NCBI GenBank assembly: GCA_038144855.1
Contig: JAYQOO010000001.1
Span: forward strand, 2,237-66,236
Reading direction: 5' to 3'
DNA length: 64,000 bases
Source of the DNA: Acidimicrobiia bacterium
Lineage (GTDB): Bacteria; Acidobacteriota; Vicinamibacteria; Vicinamibacterales; UBA2999
How positions within the stretch are numbered: the stretch's first letter is position 1; every line of letters begins with the position of its first letter. Both the position numbers and the translations under genes were made by a program. The notes under the pieces were generated by a model. That model saw only the letters and a program-made list of their open reading frames with translations, was not told where the DNA came from and ran no database searches. Shown one piece after another: positions 18,694 through 28,981 of this stretch.

Positions 18694-19785
18694 TTATACG
18701 ACCGCCAGGGTCGACGGCATGCCGAGGAACTCGCCGTACTGCTCGGCCGCGTGTGACAGCGCACGGGTGTGCAGCGGACTCAACTTCTTGTACGGCGCCA
18801 CGTCGATCGTCACGCTGTTTCCCCCGATACGGCGCGACCATCCACCGGCCAGGCGGCCATCCACGATGAGGTGATTGGCGAACGCACCGTTGGTGCGAGC
18901 CGCGATGTTGGCGGCGCGATCCGCGTCGACGACCAGCGCACGATCCTTGTAGGCGATCAGGTATTCGTCGAAGTTCGGCAGCAACATCACCGGAAGTCGT
19001 CCCGCGGGGCGGGCCGGCGGCTCGTCGCCACTCCAGAACACCAGGCCGCCGAGCTTTGTTGCGTCGAGCGCCGGCCAGGCGGCATCGATGGCGCGCTGCG
19101 CGTCGGTCAGCGCGAAGCCCGACCACCACGAAAAATCGCGCGCCGTTGCCGGGCCGTGACTGGCAAAGTAGCGGGACGCCAGACGCGCGAGGGCCTCGTC
19201 ACGATCGAGCGCCGCCCCCCGTGGTGCGCGCTCGTCGAGCAGCGCATAGGTGAACTGCTTGCCGCTGCGCGGGCCGCTGCAGATGACGCCTTCGAGTTCG
19301 GCGTGCATCATGATGTAGCCAAGCTTCAGCCCGTCTGCGGGGATCTTCGCGCGCTTCAGATGTTCACCGATCTCCGCGCGCGTCAGGAACTTCCCGCCTT
19401 CGAGGACGCGATGTATGAGCGCGCTGCTCTTCTTGAAGATCCTGTCGTCAAGACCCACCTGCCGGTAGTAGTAGGCGTTGACTGCGTGCACACGCGGAGC
19501 GCTTAACGCCAGCAGCCACCGAATGTCGTCGGGGGTTACGAAGTGCCACGTCGGACGCAGCAGGTGCGTCCGCAGGATCAGCCCGTCGTTGAATGCCTGC
19601 TCGATGTCCGCGTCCTGGCTGCCCGGAATGCGCTGCCCGATCGCCCATTTGGCTCCGGGGTAATCCTGCGCCTGCACCGCGCACAACCACGACACCACCT
19701 GCGCGGGCTTGCGCCGCAACGGGGCGTCGATCAGGTGTTGATGGCGGAGCCGCTGCGTCAGGATCTGCGTTGTGCCGGCGGCCAT
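18694..19785 (-). CDS. AlkZ-like (HTH_42) crosslink-repair DNA glycosylase
   Basis: AVQAQD, RTHLLRPTWHFV, YFASHGPATARDFSWWSG, LLPNFDEY. Confidence 0.85.
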   Translation of the reverse strand: MAAGTTQILTQRLRHQHLIDAPLRRKPAQVVSWLCAVQAQDYPGAKWAIGQRIPGSQDADIEQAFNDGLILRTHLLRPTWHFVTPDDIRWLLALSAPRVHAVNAYYYRQVGLDDRIFKKSSALIHRVLEGGKFLTRAEIGEHLKRAKIPADGLKLGYIMMHAELEGVICSGPRSGKQFTYALLDERAPRGAALDRDEALARLASRYFASHGPATARDFSWWSGFALTDAQRAIDAAWPALDATKLGGLVFWSGDEPPARPAGRLPVMLLPNFDEYLIAYKDRALVVDADRAANIAARTNGAFANHLIVDGRLAGGWSRRIGGNSVTIDVAPYKKLSPLHTRALSHAAEQYGEFLGMPSTLAVV

Positions 19786-19802
19786 GGGAAAGTCGTCGCA
19801 GA

Positions 19803-19834
19803 CGAGACCGGGATCGACAAGGATCCCGGCCTCG
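19803..19834. terminator. GC-rich hairpin after the 19847 stop
   Basis: CGAGACCGGGATC-gacaag-GATCCCGGCCTCG; no strong U tract. Confidence 0.45.
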
Positions 19835-19846
19835 CAGGCGTCACTA

Positions 19847-20717
19847 TCAGTAACCCAGGGGAACGTTGCTGTCAAAGCGAACACGAAGCACGGTTCCTTC
19901 CGGCAGATGGACGTCCTTGCCTTCGGTCGCGGCAATCACACCACCGCCACCGATCAGCACTCCAGCGATGGCGCCCTTCACGCCGCCCAGAATGCCGCCG
20001 ATGATGGCACCCACCGCGGAGCCCGCGCCGATGCGTCCGGCTTCACCCTTGAGCCCCTCGCTTTCGAGCGCCTGCGTCACATAGGCGCGCGTATCGAAGG
20101 TGCGGCCGTTGATCTGGATGCGGTTGAACTCGACCGTCAGGCTGCCCTTGCGATCGGTGCGGCTTGCGCGATCGACCGAGGTCACCCAACCGGTCAGTCT
20201 CGATCCCGCCGGGATCAGCAGGTCATTGCCGTGATAGAGATCGATCATCGTCGTTGCCTCGACGCGATCCTCGACCTGCGCCGTGTCTGACGTCAGCCCC
20301 GTGACGAGCCGGACATCAACTTCGCTGCCGGCCGGGATTTCGAGCCGGCCCTGAATGGATCCGATCCGATCGTTGGCGCGGCTGCCACGGCTGCCGGTGC
20401 GATCGCCGCGGTAGCCCCCGTATGAGGACGTTTGTCCATTGCCGATGCGGGTCATGTAGCGATCGATACGGTCGCTCAAGCGCTGGCGGTCGCTGCGCGT
20501 GACCGTCTCACCTCGGCGCTGCTTCACACGCAGGTAGCCCAGGTCATCGCGAATCTCGTTCAGCTCCTGCCGATCGGTGATCGACTGGCCGTTTGCGATC
20601 GTAGGCCGCCTGCGCATCGTCGTAGCGGCGCTCGAGCGTCGCCATATCCACCGCCACCTGCGCGAACGCCACGCTCGAAGCAAGGACGAGCGCGCCTAAC
20701 GTCAATCCGAATTTCAT
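19847..20717 (-). pseudogene. Secreted TrbI/VirB10-like beta-domain protein, split by a single-base frameshift
   Basis: MKFGLTLGALVLASSVAFAQ..YDR from ATG 20717 joins NGQSITDRQEL..IPAGSEV..GAIIGGILGG only if one base of the run at 20592-20594 is removed. Confidence 0.7.
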
Positions 20718-20763
20718 CGTTCACCCCCAGCGCGCATTGATGCGCGCGATCGACAATGTGGAG

Positions 20764-20779
20764 AGCAAGGGTTGTGCCG
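20764..20779 (-). promoter_or_regulatory. Putative sigma-54 promoter
   Basis: CGGCAC-AACCC-TTGCT on minus strand, ~46 nt above ATG 20717. Confidence 0.55.
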
Positions 20780-20904
20780 GGCGAAAACGATGAGAAACTG
20801 GCAGTCCACCTCGTCCGTCTACCGTTTGTGTGGAGTCGGCTACCCCAAACACGACCGTTAGGGCGGCAAGGTTCTTGAAATGCAGTGGGTCGAGGATTCG
20901 ATTT

Positions 20905-22299
20905 ATGAAATTGCTGAGCCGCCTGGTGCTCGTGATGACCCTGACCGCCACAACCGTGGCTGCCCAGACCAAGGTGACGCCACCGAAGAACAAGTACACG
21001 CCACAACAGGACGTCCAGATCGGACAGGAAGCCGCCGCCGAAGTGCGGAAGGAGTATCCGATCATCACCGACGATCAGGTTGAGAGCTATCTCGACCGCC
21101 TCGGTGACCGGCTCGTGGAAGCCGCGCCGCGCGAACTGAACAACCCGGTGTTCAACTACTCGTTCACGCCGGTGAACCTGAAGGACATCAACGCCTTCGC
21201 CCTGCCTGGCGGACCGATGTTCGTGAACCGCGGCATGATCGAGGCCGCCGGCAGCGAGGCCGAAGTCGCCGGCGTGATGGCGCACGAGCTTGCGCACGTG
21301 TTGCTGCGCCACGGCACGGCGAACGCGACCAAGGCCCAGGGGTTTCAGATCGGCGCGCTCGCCGGCGCGATTGCCGGCGCGGTCGTCGGCGGCGGCTGGG
21401 GCGAGCTGATTTCACAGGGCTCGCAGTTTGGTCTCGGGACCTGGCTGATGAAGTACAGCCGCGACTACGAGAAGCAGGCCGATCTTGTCGGCGCACAGAT
21501 CATGGCGCGCGCCGGCTACGACCCGCGTGAGCTCGCCCGCATGTTCGAGACCATCGCCAAACAGGGCGGCAATGGCGGACCGCAGTGGCTGAGCAGCCAT
21601 CCAAATCCAGGGAACCGCACCCAGTACATCAACGCGGAAGCGGCGCAGTTGCGCGTGGCTCCGCGCCCGAGCGATCAGGGCTTCCAGCAGACCAAGACGC
21701 GCCTGTTGCAAATGGGTGCCGCGCGCACGATGGCCGACATCGAACGTAACGGCGGCATGGGCGGCAACACCGGCGGACGATCCACCGGCTCGGTCGGTCG
21801 CATCGGCGAGGCCGTGCCCGCGCCGTCGCGTCAGTATCGAACGGTTCAGGGCGGTCAGCTCTTCACCGTGAGTGTGCCGTCGAACTGGCAAGCGGTGACG
21901 TCGAACAGCTCGATCAAATACGTGCCGATGAATGCCTACGGCGACTACAACGGCCAGACCACGCTGACTCATGGTGTGGAACTCGGCGTCGCACGCGCAT
22001 CATCGCGCAATCTCGATGCGGCAACACAGACGCTGATCGAGGGCTTCCTGCGAGGCAATGACGGCATGCGAATCGTCGGACGGGAGGAAGTCTTCCAAAT
22101 GTCCGGTCGCCGGGCGATCGTGACGCCGCTCGAAGGCCGATCGGCACTCGGTGGCACCGAGCGGGTTGAAGTCCACACCACGCTGCTCAACAACGGCGAT
22201 CTGTTCTACCTGCTGACGGTGGTCCCTGATCGTGAAGTCGGCGCGTATGGCGTCGCTTTCGAACGCGTCGTGCGATCGGTGAGGTTGAACGATAGGTAG
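20905..22299 (+). CDS. M48 family metalloprotease (BepA-like), exported
   Basis: INAFALPGG, AHELAH, YSRDYEKQAD, WLSSHP. Confidence 0.9.
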   Translation: MKLLSRLVLVMTLTATTVAAQTKVTPPKNKYTPQQDVQIGQEAAAEVRKEYPIITDDQVESYLDRLGDRLVEAAPRELNNPVFNYSFTPVNLKDINAFALPGGPMFVNRGMIEAAGSEAEVAGVMAHELAHVLLRHGTANATKAQGFQIGALAGAIAGAVVGGGWGELISQGSQFGLGTWLMKYSRDYEKQADLVGAQIMARAGYDPRELARMFETIAKQGGNGGPQWLSSHPNPGNRTQYINAEAAQLRVAPRPSDQGFQQTKTRLLQMGAARTMADIERNGGMGGNTGGRSTGSVGRIGEAVPAPSRQYRTVQGGQLFTVSVPSNWQAVTSNSSIKYVPMNAYGDYNGQTTLTHGVELGVARASSRNLDAATQTLIEGFLRGNDGMRIVGREEVFQMSGRRAIVTPLEGRSALGGTERVEVHTTLLNNGDLFYLLTVVPDREVGAYGVAFERVVRSVRLNDR

Positions 22300-22342
22300 T
22301 AGGAAGTAGCAAGCCGCAGGTATTCTTGCTAGTTGCCCCTTG

Positions 22343-22909
22343 CTACTCGCTAGCCGCCATGGTCCCGCGCACCGTCAGCACGTCGGCTCGGGCCATCCCC
22401 TTGGCCTTCAGTGCCTCCACCCGCGCGTCCAGCTCCGGTCTCGAGGCACGGATCGCGTCCTCCAGGGACTGACCCTCGGCCAGCACGCGGTGCTTCAGCA
22501 GGATGAAGGGCACCTGCGTGTTGCGCGCCGCATGCGCGAGGGTGGCGAACTGCTCAGCATCCACGAAGCCCTCTGCGGCCAGCGGCAACTTGGTCCCGGG
22601 AGCCAGCACCGGCTTGATGCGTTCGTGCAGTTCAGGCGCCGACACCGGAATCGTCATCACCAATTTGGGAGCGCTCTCCGATGTCGGCGTCTCGGCGGCG
22701 GTGCTCGAAGCCGCGCGCACGACACGCGTGACGCGTTTGGGCCTGGCTGGCGCCGTCGTCGCCGCGGGCTCTTCAGCGGCTGCCGCAGTGATGGGTGCCG
22801 GTTCAGGAGCGGTGTCGCGGTTCATCTTGACCTCCGTTCCGATCCAGGCGCCGAGTGCCAATCCACCGAGCAGCCCGAGCGTCGCGGCTGAGGTTTTACC
22901 GGTTTTCAT
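22343..22909 (-). CDS. Hypothetical membrane-anchored protein
   Basis: GGAGG RBS; N-terminal TM, Ala/Pro linker, helical C-terminal domain. Confidence 0.7.
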   Translation of the reverse strand: MKTGKTSAATLGLLGGLALGAWIGTEVKMNRDTAPEPAPITAAAAEEPAATTAPARPKRVTRVVRAASSTAAETPTSESAPKLVMTIPVSAPELHERIKPVLAPGTKLPLAAEGFVDAEQFATLAHAARNTQVPFILLKHRVLAEGQSLEDAIRASRPELDARVEALKAKGMARADVLTVRGTMAASE

Positions 22910-23066
22910 CTCTCACCTCCATCAATCTCACTGCGAGCTGGTAGTCCAATATCCATGCCGCGGCCAATGGACTCGTTTCCGGAGCAATTCACCGGCCTTC
23001 GCCCGTTCATCTACGCACTTCTTACACGGTCGCGAGTAAGATGCCCGGGCGAGGTCGCCGAAGCTC

Positions 23067-23996
23067 ATGAACAGAACGCTTCTTGTTACCGCTCTGATCC
23101 TTTTCAACAGCAGTGCCGCATCATTCGCGCAGCAGCCCGCAACGCCACGCCCGGTTCCAACGGTCGCACTGGCACCGAAGCCACTCAAGGCTCCGGCCTA
23201 CAAAGCGGGGCTGAAGCCGTGGGTGAAGCTTGCGGACATCAAGTCCAGGCACAAGAGCGCGGACTGGAGCGAAGTGATTGCTGACGATGGCCGACTCGAA
23301 GCCGCGTATCACTCCGCCGCACCAGGAGCGAAACTGTCGAAGCGCTTTCATCCGGACACGCGTGAGTGGTTCGCCGTCGTCGAGGGCGAGGTGCGGGTCG
23401 AGATCGAAGGGCAGGAACCCTTCACAGCAACGCGCGGTTCGCTGGTCAATATTCCGCGCCAGACGGTTTACTCTCTCGAGACAACAGGCACGACACCCAG
23501 CCTTCGCTTCTCGCTGAATGTCTCTGGCGCCAAGACGGTGTTCTTGAAGGACTCGCCGCCACCCACCGCACCGGCGGGAACGGCGTGGACTGAAGTGCGC
23601 ATCAATCGCACGCCGGGCCGGTACGACGAATTCAATCAGCCGCAGACGAACATTCACGCCGAGGCGGCGAAGAACGAAAAGTATTCAGGCGGCCGCTTTG
23701 TCCGCGACGACAAGTCCGAGATGTTGATCATCTACGGACACGAAAGGAACATGCCGCCGCTCGATCCCAACGACAAGGGACACTTCCACGCGGAGAGCGC
23801 AGAGATGTGGCTCGTGTTCTCAGGCAAGATCCGCTACGCGTTCGAGGGACAGCAGCCGTTTATCGCCAGCGAAGGCGACGTGGTCTACGTTCCTGCGAAC
23901 ACCTGGCACGCCACGCGCTTCATCGGTGACAACGCCTGCCGCTTGTCGATCACCGAATACGTCGGCAACGCTCTGTTGCTGCCACCGGGACAGTAA
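23067..23996 (+). CDS. Exported bicupin protein
   Basis: Signal peptide; FHPDTREWF..EG and HFHAESAE..G..YVPANTWH. Confidence 0.8.
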   Translation: MNRTLLVTALILFNSSAASFAQQPATPRPVPTVALAPKPLKAPAYKAGLKPWVKLADIKSRHKSADWSEVIADDGRLEAAYHSAAPGAKLSKRFHPDTREWFAVVEGEVRVEIEGQEPFTATRGSLVNIPRQTVYSLETTGTTPSLRFSLNVSGAKTVFLKDSPPPTAPAGTAWTEVRINRTPGRYDEFNQPQTNIHAEAAKNEKYSGGRFVRDDKSEMLIIYGHERNMPPLDPNDKGHFHAESAEMWLVFSGKIRYAFEGQQPFIASEGDVVYVPANTWHATRFIGDNACRLSITEYVGNALLLPPGQ

Positions 23997-24003
23997 CGCG
24001 CCG

Positions 24004-24038
24004 GAGTTGAATCCGGGTTAAACCACGGATTCAAACTC
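24004..24038. terminator. Hairpin between convergent genes
   Basis: GAGTTGAATCCG..CGGATTCAAACTC. Confidence 0.5.
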
Positions 24039-24051
24039 ATGGCCCTGCGGC

Positions 24052-24069
24052 GTCCGGCTTTGGCCGGAC
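24052..24069. repeat. REP-like palindrome
   Basis: GTCCGGC-TTTG-GCCGGAC; similar copy at 33162-33185. Confidence 0.55.
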
Positions 24070-24071
24070 CT

Positions 24072-25943
24072 TCAGAAATCCAGGTTTGACGTCAGGCGCG
24101 TGCCGTCCGATCGGAACGCATTCGCCAGGAGGGCAATACGACGCCTGGCTTCCGTCAGGTCGTGATTGCCAAGCGTGATGTTGAGCAGATCGATGTACCA
24201 AGGCAGTTTCGTCGAGTCCATCAGATAGGTCTCGACGATCTCCCTCGCAATCGGTAGCGTCGTCTTCTTCGAGTTGTCGTGGACGTCGCGATTGCCGGCC
24301 GCGAGCAGCTTCGCATATTCCTCGCGCAGCAGCCGCTCGATCAGTTCGCGCGTGAAGGTGTCGCCTTCCCTGGCGCCGGTCTCTGGGTCGTCCGCCGTCA
24401 GCGTCGCACCCTTGTGCAGCCATTCCCACAGGATGCTCAGGCGGATCTCGCCGGTGGCCATGTCTTCCATCAGATACAACACGTCGTCGTTACCGAAGAA
24501 GTCCGCAGGCTTGAGCGCCGCGGCCTGCATGCCCTGACCAAAGGCGTTGCCATATTGGATCGCCACACTCATCAGATCGCGTGCACCGCGGATCGTCCGC
24601 GGCGCCGACTCAAGCTGCGACAGGTCAGCCGCATCCTTCTCTGTATAAGTCAGTGCGGGAAACGATCGGCCGAGCTGATTCGCATCGCCAACGCGTTCCC
24701 ACACGGGTCGAACAATGTGGACCATCTTCCAGTGCGCGACCCACTTGCCGCTCGCGCCTTCGCGCTGTTCGCGCTCCGCTCCAGCGGTCGCCCGCTTCAT
24801 GCCTGCGGCCACGCCGGCTTCCGAGCCCACGGGAATGTTGGGCTCCATACCGCCCTGCCACAGGGCACACTGCCCATTCGCATCCGGTGTGTTCACAGCC
24901 CTTCGCACCCGATCTTCGTAGGTGCGCATGTAGCCGTAGGTCATCGTGATGGCATCAATGTTCGGATTCACGAAAGACGGGTCCCACGCCAGCGCGTCGG
25001 AGACGCTGTTGATGTAGTCCCATCGGCCGGTGTTGAAGCCCACAAAATGGCGGCCGAGCGCCGCGCGGATCTCCATCAACTGGAAGCAGGCTTCCACCTG
25101 TTCGACGAGCACGTAAGCTTTCACCGTGCCAACCGCAAGGCCAAGGTGTTCCTCGAGCGCCGACAGGATGTCGTTCCACAGCGCCGCTTCTTCGGCGGTC
25201 TGGATTTTCGGGAGATACAGAACGACCGCCGATCCACGGTCGATCAGCTGGCGGTGATTGTTGACGACATAAAGCCCGGCGTCGACGATCGAGGCGGAGA
25301 AGCCGGTGCCATTGCCATTGCGGATCTGCCGATCATCAAGGTGCAGTCCTCTGGCACGGTAGATCGTCGTTGTGAACGACAACTGCTGCCGCCAGTCCGA
25401 GATGATCGTTCGACCGAGAAACCCGGTCGCCCAGTCGTTCATCTCCTGGGCGACCTTCTCGGCGACGCCGAGAAACACAGGATCTTCATGAATCGCGAGC
25501 TTCAGATTCCGCTGGTTGTCCAGCGACATCGTCGACACCTGACCGAGCGCGTCTTCGCCGTCGAACATCCACCCGTCGGCGCCGCTTAGCAGTGCGTAGG
25601 CGACGTTGCGCAGTCCCACCTCGACGGCCGCCCCGGGCCGGGCAGCCGGGCCGGTGCCTTGAATCCACTGGCGTTGCAGATCGCGCGGAATCGCGCTGCC
25701 GACAAACTTCCCCGCCCTCGCGTCGCTCACGGTGATCGACGTGCGACCGATCACCGCCGCTGGATCGAGGAAGGTGATGCGCTGCTTCGCGGCGGCGCGA
25801 TCGGCGCGGCGCTTGATGCGCGCGTCCATGATCGCCTTGCGAGCAAGATCAAACTGCGCGAGGGCCTCGAGCGCCCGAATCGCGTCGGGCGTGATCACAT
25901 CTGGGTAGTCGGTCTTGACGGTCTTCCTGAACTCTAGCGCCAT
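24072..25943 (-). CDS. Malate synthase (divergent type)
   Basis: MFDGEDA, YLPKI, FNTGRWDY, GKWVAH, LMEDMATGEIR. Confidence 0.85.
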   Translation of the reverse strand: MALEFRKTVKTDYPDVITPDAIRALEALAQFDLARKAIMDARIKRRADRAAAKQRITFLDPAAVIGRTSITVSDARAGKFVGSAIPRDLQRQWIQGTGPAARPGAAVEVGLRNVAYALLSGADGWMFDGEDALGQVSTMSLDNQRNLKLAIHEDPVFLGVAEKVAQEMNDWATGFLGRTIISDWRQQLSFTTTIYRARGLHLDDRQIRNGNGTGFSASIVDAGLYVVNNHRQLIDRGSAVVLYLPKIQTAEEAALWNDILSALEEHLGLAVGTVKAYVLVEQVEACFQLMEIRAALGRHFVGFNTGRWDYINSVSDALAWDPSFVNPNIDAITMTYGYMRTYEDRVRRAVNTPDANGQCALWQGGMEPNIPVGSEAGVAAGMKRATAGAEREQREGASGKWVAHWKMVHIVRPVWERVGDANQLGRSFPALTYTEKDAADLSQLESAPRTIRGARDLMSVAIQYGNAFGQGMQAAALKPADFFGNDDVLYLMEDMATGEIRLSILWEWLHKGATLTADDPETGAREGDTFTRELIERLLREEYAKLLAAGNRDVHDNSKKTTLPIAREIVETYLMDSTKLPWYIDLLNITLGNHDLTEARRRIALLANAFRSDGTRLTSNLDF

Positions 25944-25946
25944 GTT

Positions 25947-26453
25947 TTACCTGCCCGGAACAATCCACAACAGTAGTTCAGATTCGTCCACTTTGACCGT
26001 GCGGGTGGGCGCCCAGCCGGGAATCCTGAACTGGTGAGACACGATGCGCGTGCCTGGAGGCAGCGCGCGCAACGTCGGCTCGAGCCTCTGCATGATGGTG
26101 GTCGAAAGGTACGCCGTGACGACGGTGGCCGGGCTCAGGTCAGCGTCGAACAGGTCGCCCGTAATGAAGGAGACGCGGTTTCCCACCTCGGCTTCGACGG
26201 CGATCTGCTTCGCGGTGGCGACCAATGCAGGATCGATCTCGATCCCGACTCCGCGCGCTCCGTATTTTTGCGCCGCAATGATCGGAATGCGGCCATCGCC
26301 GGATCCGAGGTCGTAAACCACGTCGGCCGGGCCGACGTTGGCGAGCCGCAGCATCGCGTCGGCGACATTGTGCCGGGTTGGCGTGAAATGGATATCCGGC
26401 GCGCGCAACGCCTGCTGCGTCACCACGAACGCCAGCAGCCATGCCATGAGCAT
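25947..26453 (-). CDS. Class I SAM methyltransferase (FAM173-like) with hydrophobic N-terminus
   Basis: PDIHFTPT, YDLGSGDGR, GIEID, GTRIVSH. Confidence 0.85.
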   Translation of the reverse strand: MLMAWLLAFVVTQQALRAPDIHFTPTRHNVADAMLRLANVGPADVVYDLGSGDGRIPIIAAQKYGARGVGIEIDPALVATAKQIAVEAEVGNRVSFITGDLFDADLSPATVVTAYLSTTIMQRLEPTLRALPPGTRIVSHQFRIPGWAPTRTVKVDESELLLWIVPGR

Positions 26454-26510
26454 CCGGCAAGGCTATCCGATTTTCTCCGCCGCCTGAGCTATCTGCGGCA
26501 TACTGCGCGC

Positions 26511-26906
26511 ATGATTCGCACCGCCCTGCTTGCCCTCGCTGTCACTGTGGCTCTGCCTCCAGCCGCGAGCGCCCAGGCGATCGGCGGACCCGAAAAGGGC
26601 CGGCCGGTTGCCGGCGATCCTGGCATTTCGTCGATGGTGGTCATGGATCGCCCTGAGTTCCGTGTGCTGCGCGATTGGGCCGAGCCAGGCGCCGTGCGCC
26701 GCATGCACAACCATGCTGATGCGACGTATCACGTGTTCACGTTGCTAACGGGTCAGTTGACTCTGACGGTTGAGGGTCAGCCGCCGGTGGACGTGAAAGC
26801 CGGCGATGCGATCGACTTAAAGGGCGGCGCGATGCACACGTTCAAGAACACCGGCACGGTGACCGCGACTATCGTTGAAGTGTTTGGAAAGGCGCCGAAG
26901 CAGTAG
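26511..26906 (+). CDS. Exported cupin protein
   Basis: Signal peptide; MHNH..YH..G..MHTFKN. Confidence 0.8.
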   Translation: MIRTALLALAVTVALPPAASAQAIGGPEKGRPVAGDPGISSMVVMDRPEFRVLRDWAEPGAVRRMHNHADATYHVFTLLTGQLTLTVEGQPPVDVKAGDAIDLKGGAMHTFKNTGTVTATIVEVFGKAPKQ

Positions 26907-26920
26907 CCGCGGGAAAGCTA

Positions 26921-27142
26921 CTACTGCTGCGGAGGGGGACCAATAACGTCGATCAGGTTGCCGCGCACGCCCGTCCGCTGCCACACCTTCTCGTAGACCG
27001 GTACGAACACTGACCGGCTGATCACGCGCATCGCCACGTCATTGGCGAGCCGCTCCGTCTGCACATAGGGTTCGTGCGTGTAGATCCATACGTGCCCAAG
27101 CTCGTGAGCGATAGCCGCCTCGGCTTCCGAGGCGCTAAGCAC
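26921..27142 (-). pseudogene. HExxH metallopeptidase-like C-terminal fragment
   Basis: AAIAHELGHVWIYTH..TERLAN; 5' end abuts truncated kinase. Confidence 0.65.
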
Positions 27143-28086
27143 ACGATCGCGCCGCCATAAAGATCGACGAGGTCCGCGACGATCGCCAACCCGAGGCCGG
27201 ATCCCGGCGCCGCTTCATCCGCGCGTACACCGCGCTTCAACACGGTCTCTCGTAGCGGAGGATCGAACCCGGGCCCGTCGTCATCAACAGTGATGACGGT
27301 TAAGCCATTCAGCAGGGAGGAGCGCACCTCGACGCGAGCATTCGCCCACTTGCAGGCATTGTCGACAAGGTTGCCGAGCATTTCCTCGACGTCCTCCCGG
27401 CGGCCGCGCACGAAGTGCTCGGCGGAGACGCGCACGTCGATCGACAGGTGACGGTCGGCGTGAATCGTCTGCATCGTCCGCGCCAGTGCCTCGGCGGACG
27501 TGAGCACCTGGCACCTCGCTGTCGGATCGGCTCCAGAGGCGGAGGCGCGGGCGTGAGCGAGGTGATAGTCGATCTGCTTGCGCATCCGATCGACCTGCTG
27601 ATGGATCGCATCTGCGAGATCCGTGTGACCCGAGGCGCGGGCCCGCTCCGCTTGCTGGTTCAGGAGCGTGAGCGGGGTCTTGAGACCGTGCGCCAGATCG
27701 CCAGCCTTGGTCAGCGCGCGATGTACGCGCTGCTCGCGATCCGACAGCAACGCATTGAGGTCTGTGACGAGTGGCTGCACTTCAGTTGGATATTCGCCAT
27801 CAAGACGGCTGTCTTTGCCTTCTCGCACACCGAACAGGCGCACGCGAAGCTGGTCGAAGGACGCGAGACCCTGGCGCACGAGATAGAACCCGAGTACGAG
27901 ACTGATGATGGTCCCGGCAAAAGCGGTGAAGAGGTTGCGGATGAAGAATCGATGGAAGATGCCGGGCGCATCAGGATTGAACAGCATGTAGTGCGTCAGC
28001 AGCAGGCCGCTGAAGAGGAACAGGCCAATGCTCCAGAGCAGGGCACCAAGCAGCACGCGCGCGCGCAGCGACAGGTGCGTCTTCAC
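27022..28086 (-). CDS. Sensor histidine kinase with aberrant C-terminus
   Basis: AHGLKTPL, GNLVDNA, DDDGPG, GSGLGL; sequence after LYGGAIV is out-of-frame peptidase DNA. Confidence 0.8.
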   Translation of the reverse strand: MKTHLSLRARVLLGALLWSIGLFLFSGLLLTHYMLFNPDAPGIFHRFFIRNLFTAFAGTIISLVLGFYLVRQGLASFDQLRVRLFGVREGKDSRLDGEYPTEVQPLVTDLNALLSDREQRVHRALTKAGDLAHGLKTPLTLLNQQAERARASGHTDLADAIHQQVDRMRKQIDYHLAHARASASGADPTARCQVLTSAEALARTMQTIHADRHLSIDVRVSAEHFVRGRREDVEEMLGNLVDNACKWANARVEVRSSLLNGLTVITVDDDGPGFDPPLRETVLKRGVRADEAAPGSGLGLAIVADLVDLYGGAIVCLAPRKPRRLSLTSLGTYGSTRTNPMCRRSGSPMTWRCA

Positions 28087-28748
28087 GGCTTGTCCGCCTC
28101 GATCCGATAGCCCATGCCGCGCACGGTCTCGATCAGCGAGCCGCCGACTTTTCGTCGCAACCTGGCGATGAACACCTCGACCGTGTTCGAGTCGCGATCG
28201 AATCCTTGCGAATAGATGTGCTCGGTCAACTCCGACTGCGAGACGATGCGGCCGCGGTGATGCATGAGATACGAGAGCACGCGAAACTCATGGCTTGTGA
28301 GCTTCACGGGCACACCGTCGACGGTGACCCTCGCGCCTCGCGGATCGAGCACCACGGGCCCACAGCGAAGTTCGGGAGTCACTTGCCCGGACGATCGACG
28401 GATCAGCGCGCGCAGGCGCGCGAGCACTTCTTCGATCTGAAACGGCTTGGCAACGTAGTCGTCGGCGCCGCCATCGATGCCTTGCACCTTCTCGTGCCAG
28501 CTGCCGCGCGCGGTCAGCACCAGCACCGGCATCGAATGACCGGCCTCGCGCCATTGCTTGAGGACCGTGAGGCCGTCGACCTTCGGGAGTCCCAGATCAA
28601 GGATCACGGCGTCGTAGCCCTCGGTTCGTCCCAGAAACTCTCCCCGCTCGCCATCAGACGCGTGGTCCACGGCGTACCCCGCCCCGCTCAGCGCGGCGCT
28701 AAGTTGTTCTGCCAGTTGGACTTCGTCCTCGACGAGCAGGATCCTCAC
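28083..28748 (-). CDS. OmpR-family response regulator
   Basis: LLVEDE, LDLGLP, GADDYVAKPF, NTVEVFIARLRRK, TVRGMGY. Confidence 0.95.
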   Translation of the reverse strand: MRILLVEDEVQLAEQLSAALSGAGYAVDHASDGERGEFLGRTEGYDAVILDLGLPKVDGLTVLKQWREAGHSMPVLVLTARGSWHEKVQGIDGGADDYVAKPFQIEEVLARLRALIRRSSGQVTPELRCGPVVLDPRGARVTVDGVPVKLTSHEFRVLSYLMHHRGRIVSQSELTEHIYSQGFDRDSNTVEVFIARLRRKVGGSLIETVRGMGYRIEADKP

Positions 28749-28981
28749 CCCTCGGCCCTCACCCCACCACTCTTCACCGTGGTCGCTTAACAGTAACTGA
28801 ACGAGTCCTTCACGACGCGTTCAGCGATGGCTCACTACGATCGTCGCCATGACAACCGGGTTCAAGACCGTTCTGATGGTCGGTGGCGCTGCCCTTCTCG
28901 GCCTCGCCGCCTACCTGCACTTCTACGCGCCGCAACACATGCGCGCGCTTGGGCAAGCCCTTCATGGAGGCCAGTAAGCAC

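Noticed and set aside
19847-20717. Conjugative element or programmed frameshift
   Set aside because: No other T4SS genes; no recognisable slippery heptamer, only a 3-base run
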